A stretch of 64,000 bases of DNA from a virus (lineage: Duplodnaviria > Caudoviricetes), in IMG/VR virus record IMGVR_UViG_3300028805_000061. One strand, given 5' to 3'. The notes below the pieces were generated by a model. That model made no database searches. It was not told the DNA's origin and was given only the letters and a program-made list of their open reading frames with translations. Each line of letters opens with the position of its first letter. Within the stretch, counting starts at the first letter, position 1. The translations under genes were made by a program, and so were the position numbers. Below are positions 10,342-19,970 of the stretch, piece after piece.

Positions 10342-10811
10342 AAAAAGAGAATTTTATAATAAGAGAAGAGATATATTTAGATAAGTTTAAGTATAAACAA
10401 GAGAAAATTGATTTTGGTAAAATATTTAAAGAATATTATAAATCTATAGAAAGTGATATTGCTGAGTATTTACAATTCATTATAAATAATAATATATCAG
10501 AAGAACAAACTATAGAAGAACAGGAAAACAAAATAAGAACCTCCTTAGAAGAATATAAGGATAGAATAAGATTTAATATAAATTATCAAATTCCATGCAT
10601 TCAAAATATAGATATAGATACTAAGGTATCTACAATGAGTGGATCACAAGAAGAGAATATAGTAAAATTAAAAGAATTAATAATAGTAATAATTAAAATA
10701 GAATTCTTTCAACCAAACTACCCAATAAGTAAATCTCTTGTAAAAGAAAATATTTATAGAGTTCAATTTAATTATATTACTAATTTGAAATCTAATAAGG
10801 GTTGGCATTAG
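10338..10811 (+). CDS. hypothetical protein
   Basis: ORF track; overlaps previous gene end. Confidence 0.55.
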   Translation: MKKENFIIREEIYLDKFKYKQEKIDFGKIFKEYYKSIESDIAEYLQFIINNNISEEQTIEEQENKIRTSLEEYKDRIRFNINYQIPCIQNIDIDTKVSTMSGSQEENIVKLKELIIVIIKIEFFQPNYPISKSLVKENIYRVQFNYITNLKSNKGWH

Positions 10812-10879
10812 GAATATTCTATTTAATAGATATTTATATAAATGTAAACTCTATAAATATAATACTAATTCTATCCATC

Positions 10880-10902
10880 ACCCCTTTGGGGGTTTTCTTT
10901 TG
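10880..10902 (+). terminator. intrinsic terminator
   Basis: acccc-tttg-ggggt plus ttttcttt. Confidence 0.6.
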
Positions 10903-10933
10903 AGAAAATATATCAAAAAATATATTAATAAAT

Positions 10934-11185
10934 ATGAAAAAACCATTAAATAAAGAAGATTTTCCAGGAAGGTGGACTAAACAAGCTACTTTTTGTTATT
11001 GTATTGGGGCACAATGTTCTATATGTAATATTCCAGAAGATTTCAAAACAAAATGCCAAATGAAAAATACCATACTAGACTTAGTTCAATATAAAGATAA
11101 ACCCCCTAAGAGATTCATAGAAAGTTTAAAAGAAGAATTAGATGATATAGGGATAGATCCAAATAAATTTTTAATAGGAGAATAA
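10934..11185 (+). CDS. small Cys-rich protein
   Basis: RWTKQATFCYCIGAQCSICNI...KCQMK pattern. Confidence 0.65.
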   Translation: MKKPLNKEDFPGRWTKQATFCYCIGAQCSICNIPEDFKTKCQMKNTILDLVQYKDKPPKRFIESLKEELDDIGIDPNKFLIGE

Positions 11186-11437
11186 TATGCAAATAATAAA
11201 TGAAATAAAAGAAATAATAGATAATTGGTATAATGGGAGAAACAAAATAGCTAATAAAATGGCTAATAATTCTTTAATTCAAATAGAATATAAAGCTAAA
11301 ATAGAATTAAAATTAAAAAATTTATTAAATTATATAAAAGAAAATTTTGGTGATAATGTCTAACCATTCCTTTCTTTTCTAGGTAGGAATCACTTCCTAC
11401 CTTCTTTCTAGATTTTTAAACTCCGTAATACTATTCA

Positions 11438-11474
11438 TTTCCCAATCTATTTAAACAGATTGGGAATTTTCTTT
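11438..11474 (+). terminator. intrinsic terminator
   Basis: ttcccaatct...agattgggaa plus tttt; a second hairpin aggtaggaa/ttcctacct at about 11380-11402. Confidence 0.6.
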
Positions 11475-11505
11475 AGAATTATAATAAAGAAGAATATTTA
11501 TTTAT

Positions 11506-12459
11506 ATGACAATAAACTTAGAAAAACTGAATAATTATAAACAAGAAATCACTTTTCTTATAAATCGAAAAGGGAAGATCTTTTATCACAAGATAGACTT
11601 ATTTCATGATCATGAAGATTTATTATTTGAAAATAAAGATGAAGTTGGTGAATATGATGTATGCAGATTAGTATATGACCCAAATAGTGATGATGCTAGT
11701 TTTTGTGGAATTCCTGGTATAAGTGCTTCAATGAATGTTAGGTTTAACAACCTTCCTTTTGAATTAAAATCTACACACTTAAATGCTATAGAAAATTGGG
11801 TTAAACAGTATGATGATATAGTTAAATATGCAGAAGAACACAAAGATGAATACAGTTCAGATAATGCTGCACAATTTGTAAGAAGTATGAATAGAATGTA
11901 TGTAGCATTATACAAAAATGATAAAAATAAAAGGGCTTCTTGGGAACAAGTTTGTAAAACTTGGTATAAATGGCAACAACAGTATCCAGTACTTAAATGG
12001 TTAGATGCTGATGAAGAATGTACTAAATTAGATCAATCCGATTTAGTAGGAGTTTTCTTTGAACCTAGAGATCAAGAAGCAATAAATGACTATTTACAAG
12101 ATTGTATTTATAGAGCTGAAGAAAGATATAAAAGAATTTCAATAGAGAAATGCTCATCCTTTATTGAAGAAAAACCAGTTGAAATGCCAGGTAGTACTGA
12201 AACTCATAAAAGTTTTAGAATAGAACAAAAGATGGATCTAGCAAGATTTATTGAAGTAAGTAATCAGATTATACAAGATTCAGGTGAACCAGGTGCTTTG
12301 TATTTCACAATAGGAGGTCAATTACTATATAGTGTAATTACTAGAATTGCTGAAAGAGCTTGTGAAATAAAAGATGAAGAGATTTTACAATTATTACAAA
12401 AACTTAAAATGGTAGAACCTATAGAAGGAGAGGATAGTGAAAAAACAAGAGTATTATAA
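11506..12459 (+). CDS. hypothetical protein
   Basis: 317-aa ORF. Confidence 0.7.
   Translation: MTINLEKLNNYKQEITFLINRKGKIFYHKIDLFHDHEDLLFENKDEVGEYDVCRLVYDPNSDDASFCGIPGISASMNVRFNNLPFELKSTHLNAIENWVKQYDDIVKYAEEHKDEYSSDNAAQFVRSMNRMYVALYKNDKNKRASWEQVCKTWYKWQQQYPVLKWLDADEECTKLDQSDLVGVFFEPRDQEAINDYLQDCIYRAEERYKRISIEKCSSFIEEKPVEMPGSTETHKSFRIEQKMDLARFIEVSNQIIQDSGEPGALYFTIGGQLLYSVITRIAERACEIKDEEILQLLQKLKMVEPIEGEDSEKTRVL
12397..12431 (+). repeat. 35-bp direct repeat, copy 1 (ends in AAGGAGA RBS)
   Basis: caaaaacttaaaatggtagaacctatagaaggaga; 33/35 identical to 14103-14137. Confidence 0.85.
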
Positions 12460-13127
12460 AAGTTTTCTTAAACCAGAACAAAATAAACTTTCCAGAAAAT
12501 TAAAGAAAAAAGCTAGAAATTTATTTAGAGGTGATAATGGTCCAGTAATAGTGACTAATCTTACCCAATTTTTGAATATTTATAAACCAGATTCAGAAAC
12601 ATATAAAGATACTATAGAAAGATAAGGAGAAGGTAATGAATAATTTAGATCCACAAATACATAACTTAGAAGTAAATATTGATAATCAACCATATTCAGA
12701 TAAAGATTATACTTTATTAGCTATAACAAAATTAATATGGGCTAATCAAAAAGAATTATTTCAAAGAGTAGAATCTTTAGAGAATAGAATAATTGCTGTA
12801 GAATAACTGCTGTAGAAAATATGCAGAAGGTATAAAATATAAAGATTATGAATATGTATAGGTAGATAAAACCTATTAAGGACAAGACAATGAATATTAT
12901 ATTTGCCAAACAGAATTCAAACACTATTGTATTTAGGACACCTCTTTTAGTTCCTAAATTTTATACTACAGTAAATGATTATGTAGAATCAAATCTCCCA
13001 TTACCTCTTTTATTGCACAAGAGTATAATTCAAGCACTTCGGCACTCTCCTTGTGTAAGACTTTTACCAGAAAAAATGTTTGACAAAGAATTTGAGGGAG
13101 AACCAGTTATGTGTTTAGAGGCTACTA

Positions 13128-13358
13128 ATGAAAAAGTATAAAAGAGAAGACTGTTTTTATTTTACTGGTGTATATTGTGAAAATACACATGAATATGAAT
13201 GTGCAAGAGGACATTGTGTTTGTCATGCTTGTTTTGAATATATGAATTGGTGGCAAAGGTTTTGTATGAGAATAGAAGTAGAACTTTTACAAAGAGGAAT
13301 TTGGCTAGATTCTATTTTTCATAAAAGAAAATTATTTATTAAAAGGAAAAGAAAATGA
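13128..13358 (+). CDS. small Cys/His-rich protein
   Basis: Seven Cys in 76 aa. Confidence 0.55.
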   Translation: MKKYKREDCFYFTGVYCENTHEYECARGHCVCHACFEYMNWWQRFCMRIEVELLQRGIWLDSIFHKRKLFIKRKRK

Positions 13359-13702
13359 AAATAATACTTAATATATCAGATAAAGTAATTGAAAATTATA
13401 GGAATGAATGGTTTAGTGAAGCAGTTGAACCTTATAAACAAATTCTAGAAGATATAGCCGAAATAATAGCTGAAAGAATTGATTGCATGTATGAAATAGA
13501 TAAAAATTCTAAAAATATAATTAATTATAAATAGGGAGATAAATAATGCCCAGAATAGATAATATATATAAATGTTGTAATTTTAATTGGAATGAAAATC
13601 TTAATAAAACTTGTAACAAAGATAATAAATTCCAAAGATGTATTTTATTAGATGACAACTATTATTGTTATAATTATGAAAATAAAGAAAAAGAGAGAAA
13701 AG

Positions 13703-14113
13703 ATGTATCACATTAAAGAAGATATTGCAGAAATTGTTAAAGATCTACCTCCTAATTTTACAGTAAAACCCATAAAAGAGAAAATATTACAAAAGTGGGG
13801 ATATTGTAGTAATGGTTGGATATCAGAATGTTTAAAAAAATTGGGATATGCTTATAATAGGTCAAGTAAATATTGGTATAAAAAACCAATTATTATAGAC
13901 AGTATTACAATTCAAGCTCATGAGAATATAGTAAAAGGATATAAAGATAAAATAGGTTCTATTATTTCAAGTTTACTAAATAAAGATTACTGTAGTAAAT
14001 GTAAGAAGAAAACCCTTTGTAAATATTATACTGGGTCAAGATTTTCACCTTGTAAAATTTGTATAGGTCATAAAAATTTAATAGAAGAAATAGTAAACTT
14101 AGCAAAAATTTAA
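13703..14113 (+). CDS. winged-helix-like plus Cys4 protein, paralog 1
   Basis: SNGWISECLKKLGYAYNRSSKYW and DYCSKCKKK..CK.Y shared with 14687-15175. Confidence 0.65.
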   Translation: MYHIKEDIAEIVKDLPPNFTVKPIKEKILQKWGYCSNGWISECLKKLGYAYNRSSKYWYKKPIIIDSITIQAHENIVKGYKDKIGSIISSLLNKDYCSKCKKKTLCKYYTGSRFSPCKICIGHKNLIEEIVNLAKI

Positions 14114-14137
14114 AATGATAGAACCTATAGAAGGAGA
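14103..14137 (+). repeat. 35-bp direct repeat, copy 2
   Basis: caaaaatttaaaatgatagaacctatagaaggaga. Confidence 0.85.
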
Positions 14138-14686
14138 CTATACATGGCATATCAGGAATATAAGAAAGGCGGGAATAGTCCTAAATCAAAAAGTTCTAAT
14201 AATCAACGAAGGACAGAAATAAAAGAAAGTTCTTCAAAATTTTATAGAAGAAATGCAAAAGAACAAATAGAACAACAGATAAAGGAGAATTTAGAATGAG
14301 AAGTTATAACAAAAATTGGTCATGGAATAAATTGACTAAAAATGAAAGAAGACTATATTATGAAAAAGAAAAAGAATATAGTCAGAAATATTATAAGGGA
14401 GGTAGCATTGATACAGCAGACAAACTTAGAATATATAATGAAGTCAAAGGTGATAGAGGATTATTCTTTTAATGGGTAAATACATAATAAAGAATTATCC
14501 TACATACAGTGAATGTATTATTGACGAATGTCAAGATTGTACTGACTATGTTATAAAACAGATTGTGGAGTTATGCAAACATTATAAAAAGTATAGTGAT
14601 TGTAGTGACTACATTATCAAAGGTGTTAAAAATGAATTTTTCTTGTAAACCAGATATATTTGAACAAACTTATAGGGAGGTAATTG

Positions 14687-15175
14687 ATGCATAAATTTGT
14701 AAAAGATGCAAAAGATATAGTAGAAGAAACAGTAAAAGAATTAGAAAAAATAGGTTGTAATGAATTTACAGCTAAACAATTAAGAACACATTTTTATGAA
14801 TCAGTACAAATTAGTTCTGGATGGTTAACTGAATGTCTAAATAGTATAGGTTATTATTATAATAGAGTAAAAAGAGTATGGACAAAAAGACCAGTTACAC
14901 AAATTACTAAAACTACTTATATTAAAGAAGAAGTATATCAAAAGGTAAAATTAAAATTAGATAAATTAAAAGATAAAATAGGGGAAATTTTAACAGGAAT
15001 AGCTAATGATGATTACTGTTCTAGATGTAAAAAGAAAATTACTTGTAAACATTATAATTTAGGAGAAAGTTTTATAATTAGATTATTTGCTAGAAAAGAT
15101 ATATGTAAAGCACATAAAGAATTAATAAATGAGATAGTTGATTTAAGTGGGATTTTATTAGAAAATGAACAATAA
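14687..15175 (+). CDS. winged-helix-like plus Cys4 protein, paralog 2
   Basis: SSGWLTECLNSIGYYYNRVKRVW; DYCSRCKKKITCKHY; GGGAGG RBS. Confidence 0.7.
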   Translation: MHKFVKDAKDIVEETVKELEKIGCNEFTAKQLRTHFYESVQISSGWLTECLNSIGYYYNRVKRVWTKRPVTQITKTTYIKEEVYQKVKLKLDKLKDKIGEILTGIANDDYCSRCKKKITCKHYNLGESFIIRLFARKDICKAHKELINEIVDLSGILLENEQ

Positions 15176-15218
15176 TCAATTTAAAAATTTATTAGAGAAA
15201 TAATAGAGGAAGTAAAAA

Positions 15219-15491
15219 ATGAACCCAACAATAAATCTAGAACAATATGTTAAAAATATTATAAAATATCATATTAATGATTTCGGTCTAGTTGAATTAG
15301 GTAGATTAAGATATGAACTAGATTTATATTTAGCAGCAGGACCAAATAATCTAGAATTTTGCCCTTGTGAAATTTCAGATGAGGGAGAATTAAAAATTTT
15401 ATTTAAAGATAAATTAAAAGATTGTTGGCATAGATTAGATATTACTATTCCAGCAGTAATAGCTGAACAAGAAAGGTTAGAGAATGAATAA
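15219..15491 (+). CDS. hypothetical protein
   Basis: ORF with GAGGA RBS. Confidence 0.6.
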   Translation: MNPTINLEQYVKNIIKYHINDFGLVELGRLRYELDLYLAAGPNNLEFCPCEISDEGELKILFKDKLKDCWHRLDITIPAVIAEQERLENE

Positions 15492-15569
15492 CAATGGATA
15501 ATGAAGAATTTGAAATTAGTTTTTTATTAAAAAGATTGCAAAAAGAGAATAAAGAATTAAGGGAGAAAC

Positions 15570-15890
15570 TTGAAAATGAACAACAATCAGTTCAAAAAAG
15601 TAATAAGAACAAAAATTGAAGAAGAAGTAAATGGTAGACAACTAATTTGTTATTATGTAGATATTAACAATAATACAAGAATAATTTATGTATATAATAA
15701 AGATTTTGAAATAAAAGGAACCATTAGTCTTTATTTGAATGATCGAGACTGTTCATTAGAATATTCTTTAAATAAAAACAAATTAGTAAGTATTTGTAAT
15801 TATGAATGCAAGTTTTCTGGTTCGTATTTGGAATTAGATAAGATATTTAATTCTATAGAAATAATGATTGAAGCTATAAAAAGGAATTAA
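15570..15890 (+). CDS. hypothetical protein
   Basis: ORF with GGGAG RBS. Confidence 0.55.
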   Translation: MKMNNNQFKKVIRTKIEEEVNGRQLICYYVDINNNTRIIYVYNKDFEIKGTISLYLNDRDCSLEYSLNKNKLVSICNYECKFSGSYLELDKIFNSIEIMIEAIKRN

Positions 15891-15891
15891 G

Positions 15892-16134
15892 ATGAAAATA
15901 ACTTTTGAATTTGATGATAATGAACCTAGATTTTATGAAAATCATGAATCAACAAAACTTTATGCAATGGAAAATGCTGAAATATTAGGATTTTCATTAC
16001 AACAAATATTTAATAAAATAAAATATTGGGAAAAGAATGAAGATAAATATAATGTTTCTACAGATGAAGTAAGAGATGCTTTAGTAGAAATACTAGATAA
16101 TAATGGTATAAATTTAGAAAGGTTAGGATATTAG
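15892..16134 (+). CDS. hypothetical protein
   Basis: ORF with AAGGA RBS. Confidence 0.6.
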   Translation: MKITFEFDDNEPRFYENHESTKLYAMENAEILGFSLQQIFNKIKYWEKNEDKYNVSTDEVRDALVEILDNNGINLERLGY

Positions 16135-16629
16135 ATGAGTAATGAGAATATTAAAAGTTTAATTAAAGAGATTATTGAGAAAAGAAAAGAAGCTTTTAGT
16201 ACACAAATTATAGCAGATGAACTTACTACTAGAAATATTACAGCTTATAAAAATACTATAACTAAAATACTAAAGGAATTAGGTTATTCTTTTGATAAAA
16301 GCAGTAAAACTTGGAAATGTAAAAAAGAAAAATCTTTAGAATTACCAGAAACAATAAAAGTGTTTACTCCACATATAATTACTTATATTTTTAATGGAAC
16401 TAAATTAGAAAAAATGGATCATCACTTCCTGGGAGTATTCTATAAAAAAGAAGATGCAGAAGCACATTTGAGATTACAAATAGATTTTTATGCAAAAATA
16501 GCTAAAACTATAACTGATAATAATCCTGAAGCTAAATTCAACATTAGTGTCCACTTATATGAAATGGATGCACATAAATCAGATAAAGGATTTATATTTG
16601 CTACAGAATTTATGGGAGAAAATAAATAA
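16135..16629 (+). CDS. winged-helix-like protein, paralog 3 (different C-terminus)
   Basis: FSTQIIADEL...TITKILKELGYSFDKSSKTW matches the N-domain of 13703 and 14687. Confidence 0.6.
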   Translation: MSNENIKSLIKEIIEKRKEAFSTQIIADELTTRNITAYKNTITKILKELGYSFDKSSKTWKCKKEKSLELPETIKVFTPHIITYIFNGTKLEKMDHHFLGVFYKKEDAEAHLRLQIDFYAKIAKTITDNNPEAKFNISVHLYEMDAHKSDKGFIFATEFMGENK

Positions 16630-17132
16630 TGAATAATGAAGAATCACTAGATAAAATGCTTGAAGAATTTTCACAAGAAGAATTAAATTCTAAATCTGAT
16701 AAAGAGAAAATAGCTGATTTAATTGTAGAAAATCAAATGCTAGAACATAAGATGATGGTTTTAGCAGCATTAGCTATAGGGGCTTCTAAAGTACTTGATT
16801 ATTATGCAAGTTCTAGTCTAGCTAAACCCACATTTACTATGGTGGATTATTCAAAAGAAGACCAACCCTTATATAGTAAAGCTAAATATAAAGTAACAGA
16901 AGTATTAGATACAAAAGGTCCAGATAAAGAATTTTTAGTAGGAATGAATATGTATGATCTAAATATAGATACTGAAACTGCACAAAAAACTTCACAACAA
17001 ATTTTAGAAAAAATTAAAGAATTAGGTATTATTATAGAAGAAAAATATGAAGAACCTACAGAAGAATCTTTCGAATCAAAAGATAAACAGTTACACTTAG
17101 ACTTTAATGAAGGTGAAATAGATGAGAACTAA
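16629..17132 (+). CDS. hypothetical protein
   Basis: TAATG coupling. Confidence 0.6.
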   Translation: MNNEESLDKMLEEFSQEELNSKSDKEKIADLIVENQMLEHKMMVLAALAIGASKVLDYYASSSLAKPTFTMVDYSKEDQPLYSKAKYKVTEVLDTKGPDKEFLVGMNMYDLNIDTETAQKTSQQILEKIKELGIIIEEKYEEPTEESFESKDKQLHLDFNEGEIDEN

Positions 17133-17421
17133 ATGGGGTAAAAATTATAATAAACCAACAAAAAGCTTTATTAAAAATCAAGCTATGAATAAATTTAAAG
17201 AGCGTTTAAAGCAAATTCTTATTGCTACATTGGATGTACCTTGTGGGTATATAGATGTTTCTACACATTCAAAAGCTGAAGAAGAATTATTATATAAAGA
17301 AAAAGTTGAACCAGTAAGAAAACAAGTTTTAAATGATTATGGTGAGATAACTAAAGATTTACCAAGAAAAGAGAAAAAGAGACTAAGAAAGACCCATCAG
17401 GAGATTATAGAGATATGGTAA
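17122..17421 (+). CDS. hypothetical protein
   Basis: ORF track. Confidence 0.55.
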   Translation: MRTKWGKNYNKPTKSFIKNQAMNKFKERLKQILIATLDVPCGYIDVSTHSKAEEELLYKEKVEPVRKQVLNDYGEITKDLPRKEKKRLRKTHQEIIEIW

Positions 17422-17732
17422 AAGACAATTGTCATGATTGTAAACATAGAGAATTAGGTATTAATTATACAAATTGTAAAAGAAAATGCTCTTATAAATA
17501 TAAAATGCAAAGATATAGATCTAATAAAGATATAGAAGAGGTAGTTTGTAATCTATATAAAGATGTAAATAATTATTTAAGAGATTGGGTTAAAGAGAAT
17601 TTTCAGACTAGTGAACAAATAAAAGAGAATCAAGAATTATGTGAAACTTTATTTGATTTTGGGGAATTTGTTCTTAGAAAAATAATTCCTTATTCACCTA
17701 AAATGGATTTTATGAATCATGAATTAATGTAA
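17415..17732 (+). CDS. Cys-rich hypothetical protein
   Basis: CHDCKH...CKRKC. Confidence 0.55.
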   Translation: MVKDNCHDCKHRELGINYTNCKRKCSYKYKMQRYRSNKDIEEVVCNLYKDVNNYLRDWVKENFQTSEQIKENQELCETLFDFGEFVLRKIIPYSPKMDFMNHELM

Positions 17733-17747
17733 GAAAGGAGATTAAAC

Positions 17748-18116
17748 ATGAGAAAAGTTGAAATTGGAACAAGTAATTATACTGAAGTATTTGCTATAGG
17801 TGCTAAAATGTATAATGCTAATCATTATTATGAAGTAAGACAAACACCCAGTGAAGGAGCAACTATTTCTGATAAAGGGATTTATGCTAAAATCAAATTT
17901 CAAGAAGGCCCTATTAAAGAACGTGGTATAAATGGTTGTCACAATGAAGATTTAATTGCAATAGTAATAGATAGACTTCAAAGTTTTCAAGAAAGTTCTT
18001 ATGAATGTAAAGAAAATGCCATGGCAATAACAAAACTTGAAGAAGCTTTACTTTGGTTAAGAAAAAGAACTGATGATAGAATCAAAAGAAATGTAGAAGG
18101 AACAAGTCAGTTATGA
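17748..18116 (+). CDS. tad1: Tad1-family anti-defence signal-sponge protein (Thoeris/CBASS inhibitor)
   Basis: ANHYY...IKFQEGP....GINGCHNEDLIAIVIDRLQSFQ...CKENAMAITKLEEALLWLRKRTDDRIKRNVEGT matches the Tad1 consensus as I recall it; AAGGAG RBS. Confidence 0.8.
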   Translation: MRKVEIGTSNYTEVFAIGAKMYNANHYYEVRQTPSEGATISDKGIYAKIKFQEGPIKERGINGCHNEDLIAIVIDRLQSFQESSYECKENAMAITKLEEALLWLRKRTDDRIKRNVEGTSQL

Positions 18117-18296
18117 TGCCACAAGGATGTGTAGATATAGGAAATATAATCTGTCCTAGAAAAGATAAATGTTTAAGAAGGGAATCAGCAATTTGTGCAC
18201 CTTCTGGAGTAACACTTTTAGTTAATATGTATGACTATAAAAATGACTGTTGTGAGTACTATATTGAAAATGAAAATATAGAGAAAGGTAATTAGA

Positions 18297-19022
18297 ATGT
18301 TTAATATAAAAAAGGAGGACCATTTAATGGAAGTAATACATAAGAAAACTCAAAATAGATACTATATTGATGATGTTGTAATTGATTCAACCAATGAATT
18401 AGAACCAGAAAAACAAGTAAAAATTCTTTATAGTAATGATAAAGCCGAAAGATTTGTTAGAGAAGCTCATGAGTTTATCGAAAAATTCTATATACCACAT
18501 GGATTTAATATTTTAAGTAAAGCTTGTGAATTAGCAATGCAAGATGTAGAAGAATTTCATAATAGAGTTGAATCAGTAAATAATATACAACATAATAAAA
18601 TAGAAGAAGGTAAACTTACTTGGGAAGATGTTAAAGAATGTGACTGGAGCAATTCTTCTTGTAATGAATGTCAATGCGAAAAAGAGTATATAGGTGAAAT
18701 GATAGATGTAGATGTTTATAATACTTATAAACAAACAGTAGAAAATAGGTGGTATGCTCCACTATCAATAATTAAACTTTGTGCTTATACTCAATTGAAA
18801 GAATTGTTTACTATAAGATGTTCTGATTTTGATTTAGTTAAGAAAGATTATGATAATGCAACTAGTGAATATTTCTTATTAGGTTACAGGTATTTAAGTG
18901 ATTTTCGCAAAAATCCTTGTCAAGTATGTAAAATACCTTTTAAAGTATTTAATAAGATTCTAGATGCAATAAATACTAGAGTAGAAAAAGGAGAAGATGA
19001 TGACCAATTCTTTGATGACTAA
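18297..19022 (+). CDS. DUF1653-like N-terminal domain protein
   Basis: HKKTQNRY....IDSTNE.....ILYS....FVREAHEFIEKF. Confidence 0.55.
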   Translation: MFNIKKEDHLMEVIHKKTQNRYYIDDVVIDSTNELEPEKQVKILYSNDKAERFVREAHEFIEKFYIPHGFNILSKACELAMQDVEEFHNRVESVNNIQHNKIEEGKLTWEDVKECDWSNSSCNECQCEKEYIGEMIDVDVYNTYKQTVENRWYAPLSIIKLCAYTQLKELFTIRCSDFDLVKKDYDNATSEYFLLGYRYLSDFRKNPCQVCKIPFKVFNKILDAINTRVEKGEDDDQFFDD

Positions 19023-19311
19023 TAGCGAAGATGTTCAATCAGAAATTTTTAAACAATTAGAAGAAATTCTAACTCCTTATTACAAAGAATTAATAAACGA
19101 GTCTAATTGGAGGGTATTATCATATAGTATAATAAATAAATTTGATTTTTGGCAATGGGAAAATTCTATATTAAATTATAAAATAATATGTAATAATAAT
19201 TGTTCAGATCTTATTTTAGAATATGACATACCCTTTTCTGAAGGATGGTTTCTTTATTGTCATTTAAGAAAAGGTCATTTAATGTTAAAATTTGTACCAA
19301 AAGAATTCTAA
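18997..19311 (+). CDS. hypothetical protein
   Basis: ORF with AAGGAG RBS. Confidence 0.55.
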   Translation: MMTNSLMTNSEDVQSEIFKQLEEILTPYYKELINESNWRVLSYSIINKFDFWQWENSILNYKIICNNNCSDLILEYDIPFSEGWFLYCHLRKGHLMLKFVPKEF

Positions 19312-19399
19312 TACTTTTGTTTAGCTCTAGAACAATTAAAAGTACTTGTTTTATTTAATTATTCAATTAATAATATAAGTACTTTTTAATGAGGTAAAT

Positions 19400-19654
19400 A
19401 TGATTGTTCAAGATTATTATGTAGATGGTACAGATTTTGAAATAATTAATTGTCCAGCTTATGATAAAAATATTACAGAAGGGGCTTGTAGAGCACGATA
19501 TTGTGAGATTACTTGTAGAAAAAATAAAGATTGTATAATCAAATCTCACATGGTAGCTTTATCAGCATTAGTAAATGTAGCTAAAAGAACACCAATAAGT
19601 GCTGAATATATTGGTGCAATGGCTTGTTTTAATAGTTTTATTATTCAGAGATAA
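19400..19654 (+). CDS. Cys-rich hypothetical protein
   Basis: GAGG RBS; NCPAY...C....C...C.....C. Confidence 0.6.
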   Translation: MIVQDYYVDGTDFEIINCPAYDKNITEGACRARYCEITCRKNKDCIIKSHMVALSALVNVAKRTPISAEYIGAMACFNSFIIQR

Positions 19655-19725
19655 TAATAATTTTACGAGATTTCTTTTCTACAATATTAAATTATACTGT
19701 ATAACTTAAAATAAGGAGAAATATT

Positions 19726-19872
19726 ATGGCAGTATTTGAATACGACACTCTAGATTTACCTGGAACAGCAGCTCTTGATCCAGAAAAAACGCTTAAAGAT
19801 ATTGGAGTTACTTTAACTAAAGATGATATAGTTGAAGCTGGTGGTGTAGTAGAAGATAATCAAGAAGGTTAA
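19726..19872 (+). CDS. 48-aa protein paralogous to the N-terminus of the next gene (putative virion anchor/decoration module; not in ORF track)
   Basis: AAGGAG RBS; MAVFEYDTLDLPGTAALDPEKTLKDIGVTLTKDDIVEAGGVVEDNQEG*. Confidence 0.8.
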   Translation: MAVFEYDTLDLPGTAALDPEKTLKDIGVTLTKDDIVEAGGVVEDNQEG

Positions 19873-19970
19873 GAGATATGATACTAGGATATAATACATT
19901 GAATCTGCCTAATATCGATGCTCTTGATCCAGAAAAAACGCTTAAAGATATCGGAGTTACTTTAACTAAA
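19771..19970 (+). repeat. 51-bp direct repeat (19771-19821 and 19920-19970)
   Basis: gctcttgatccagaaaaaacgcttaaagatat(t/c)ggagttactttaactaaa, 1 mismatch. Confidence 0.9.
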
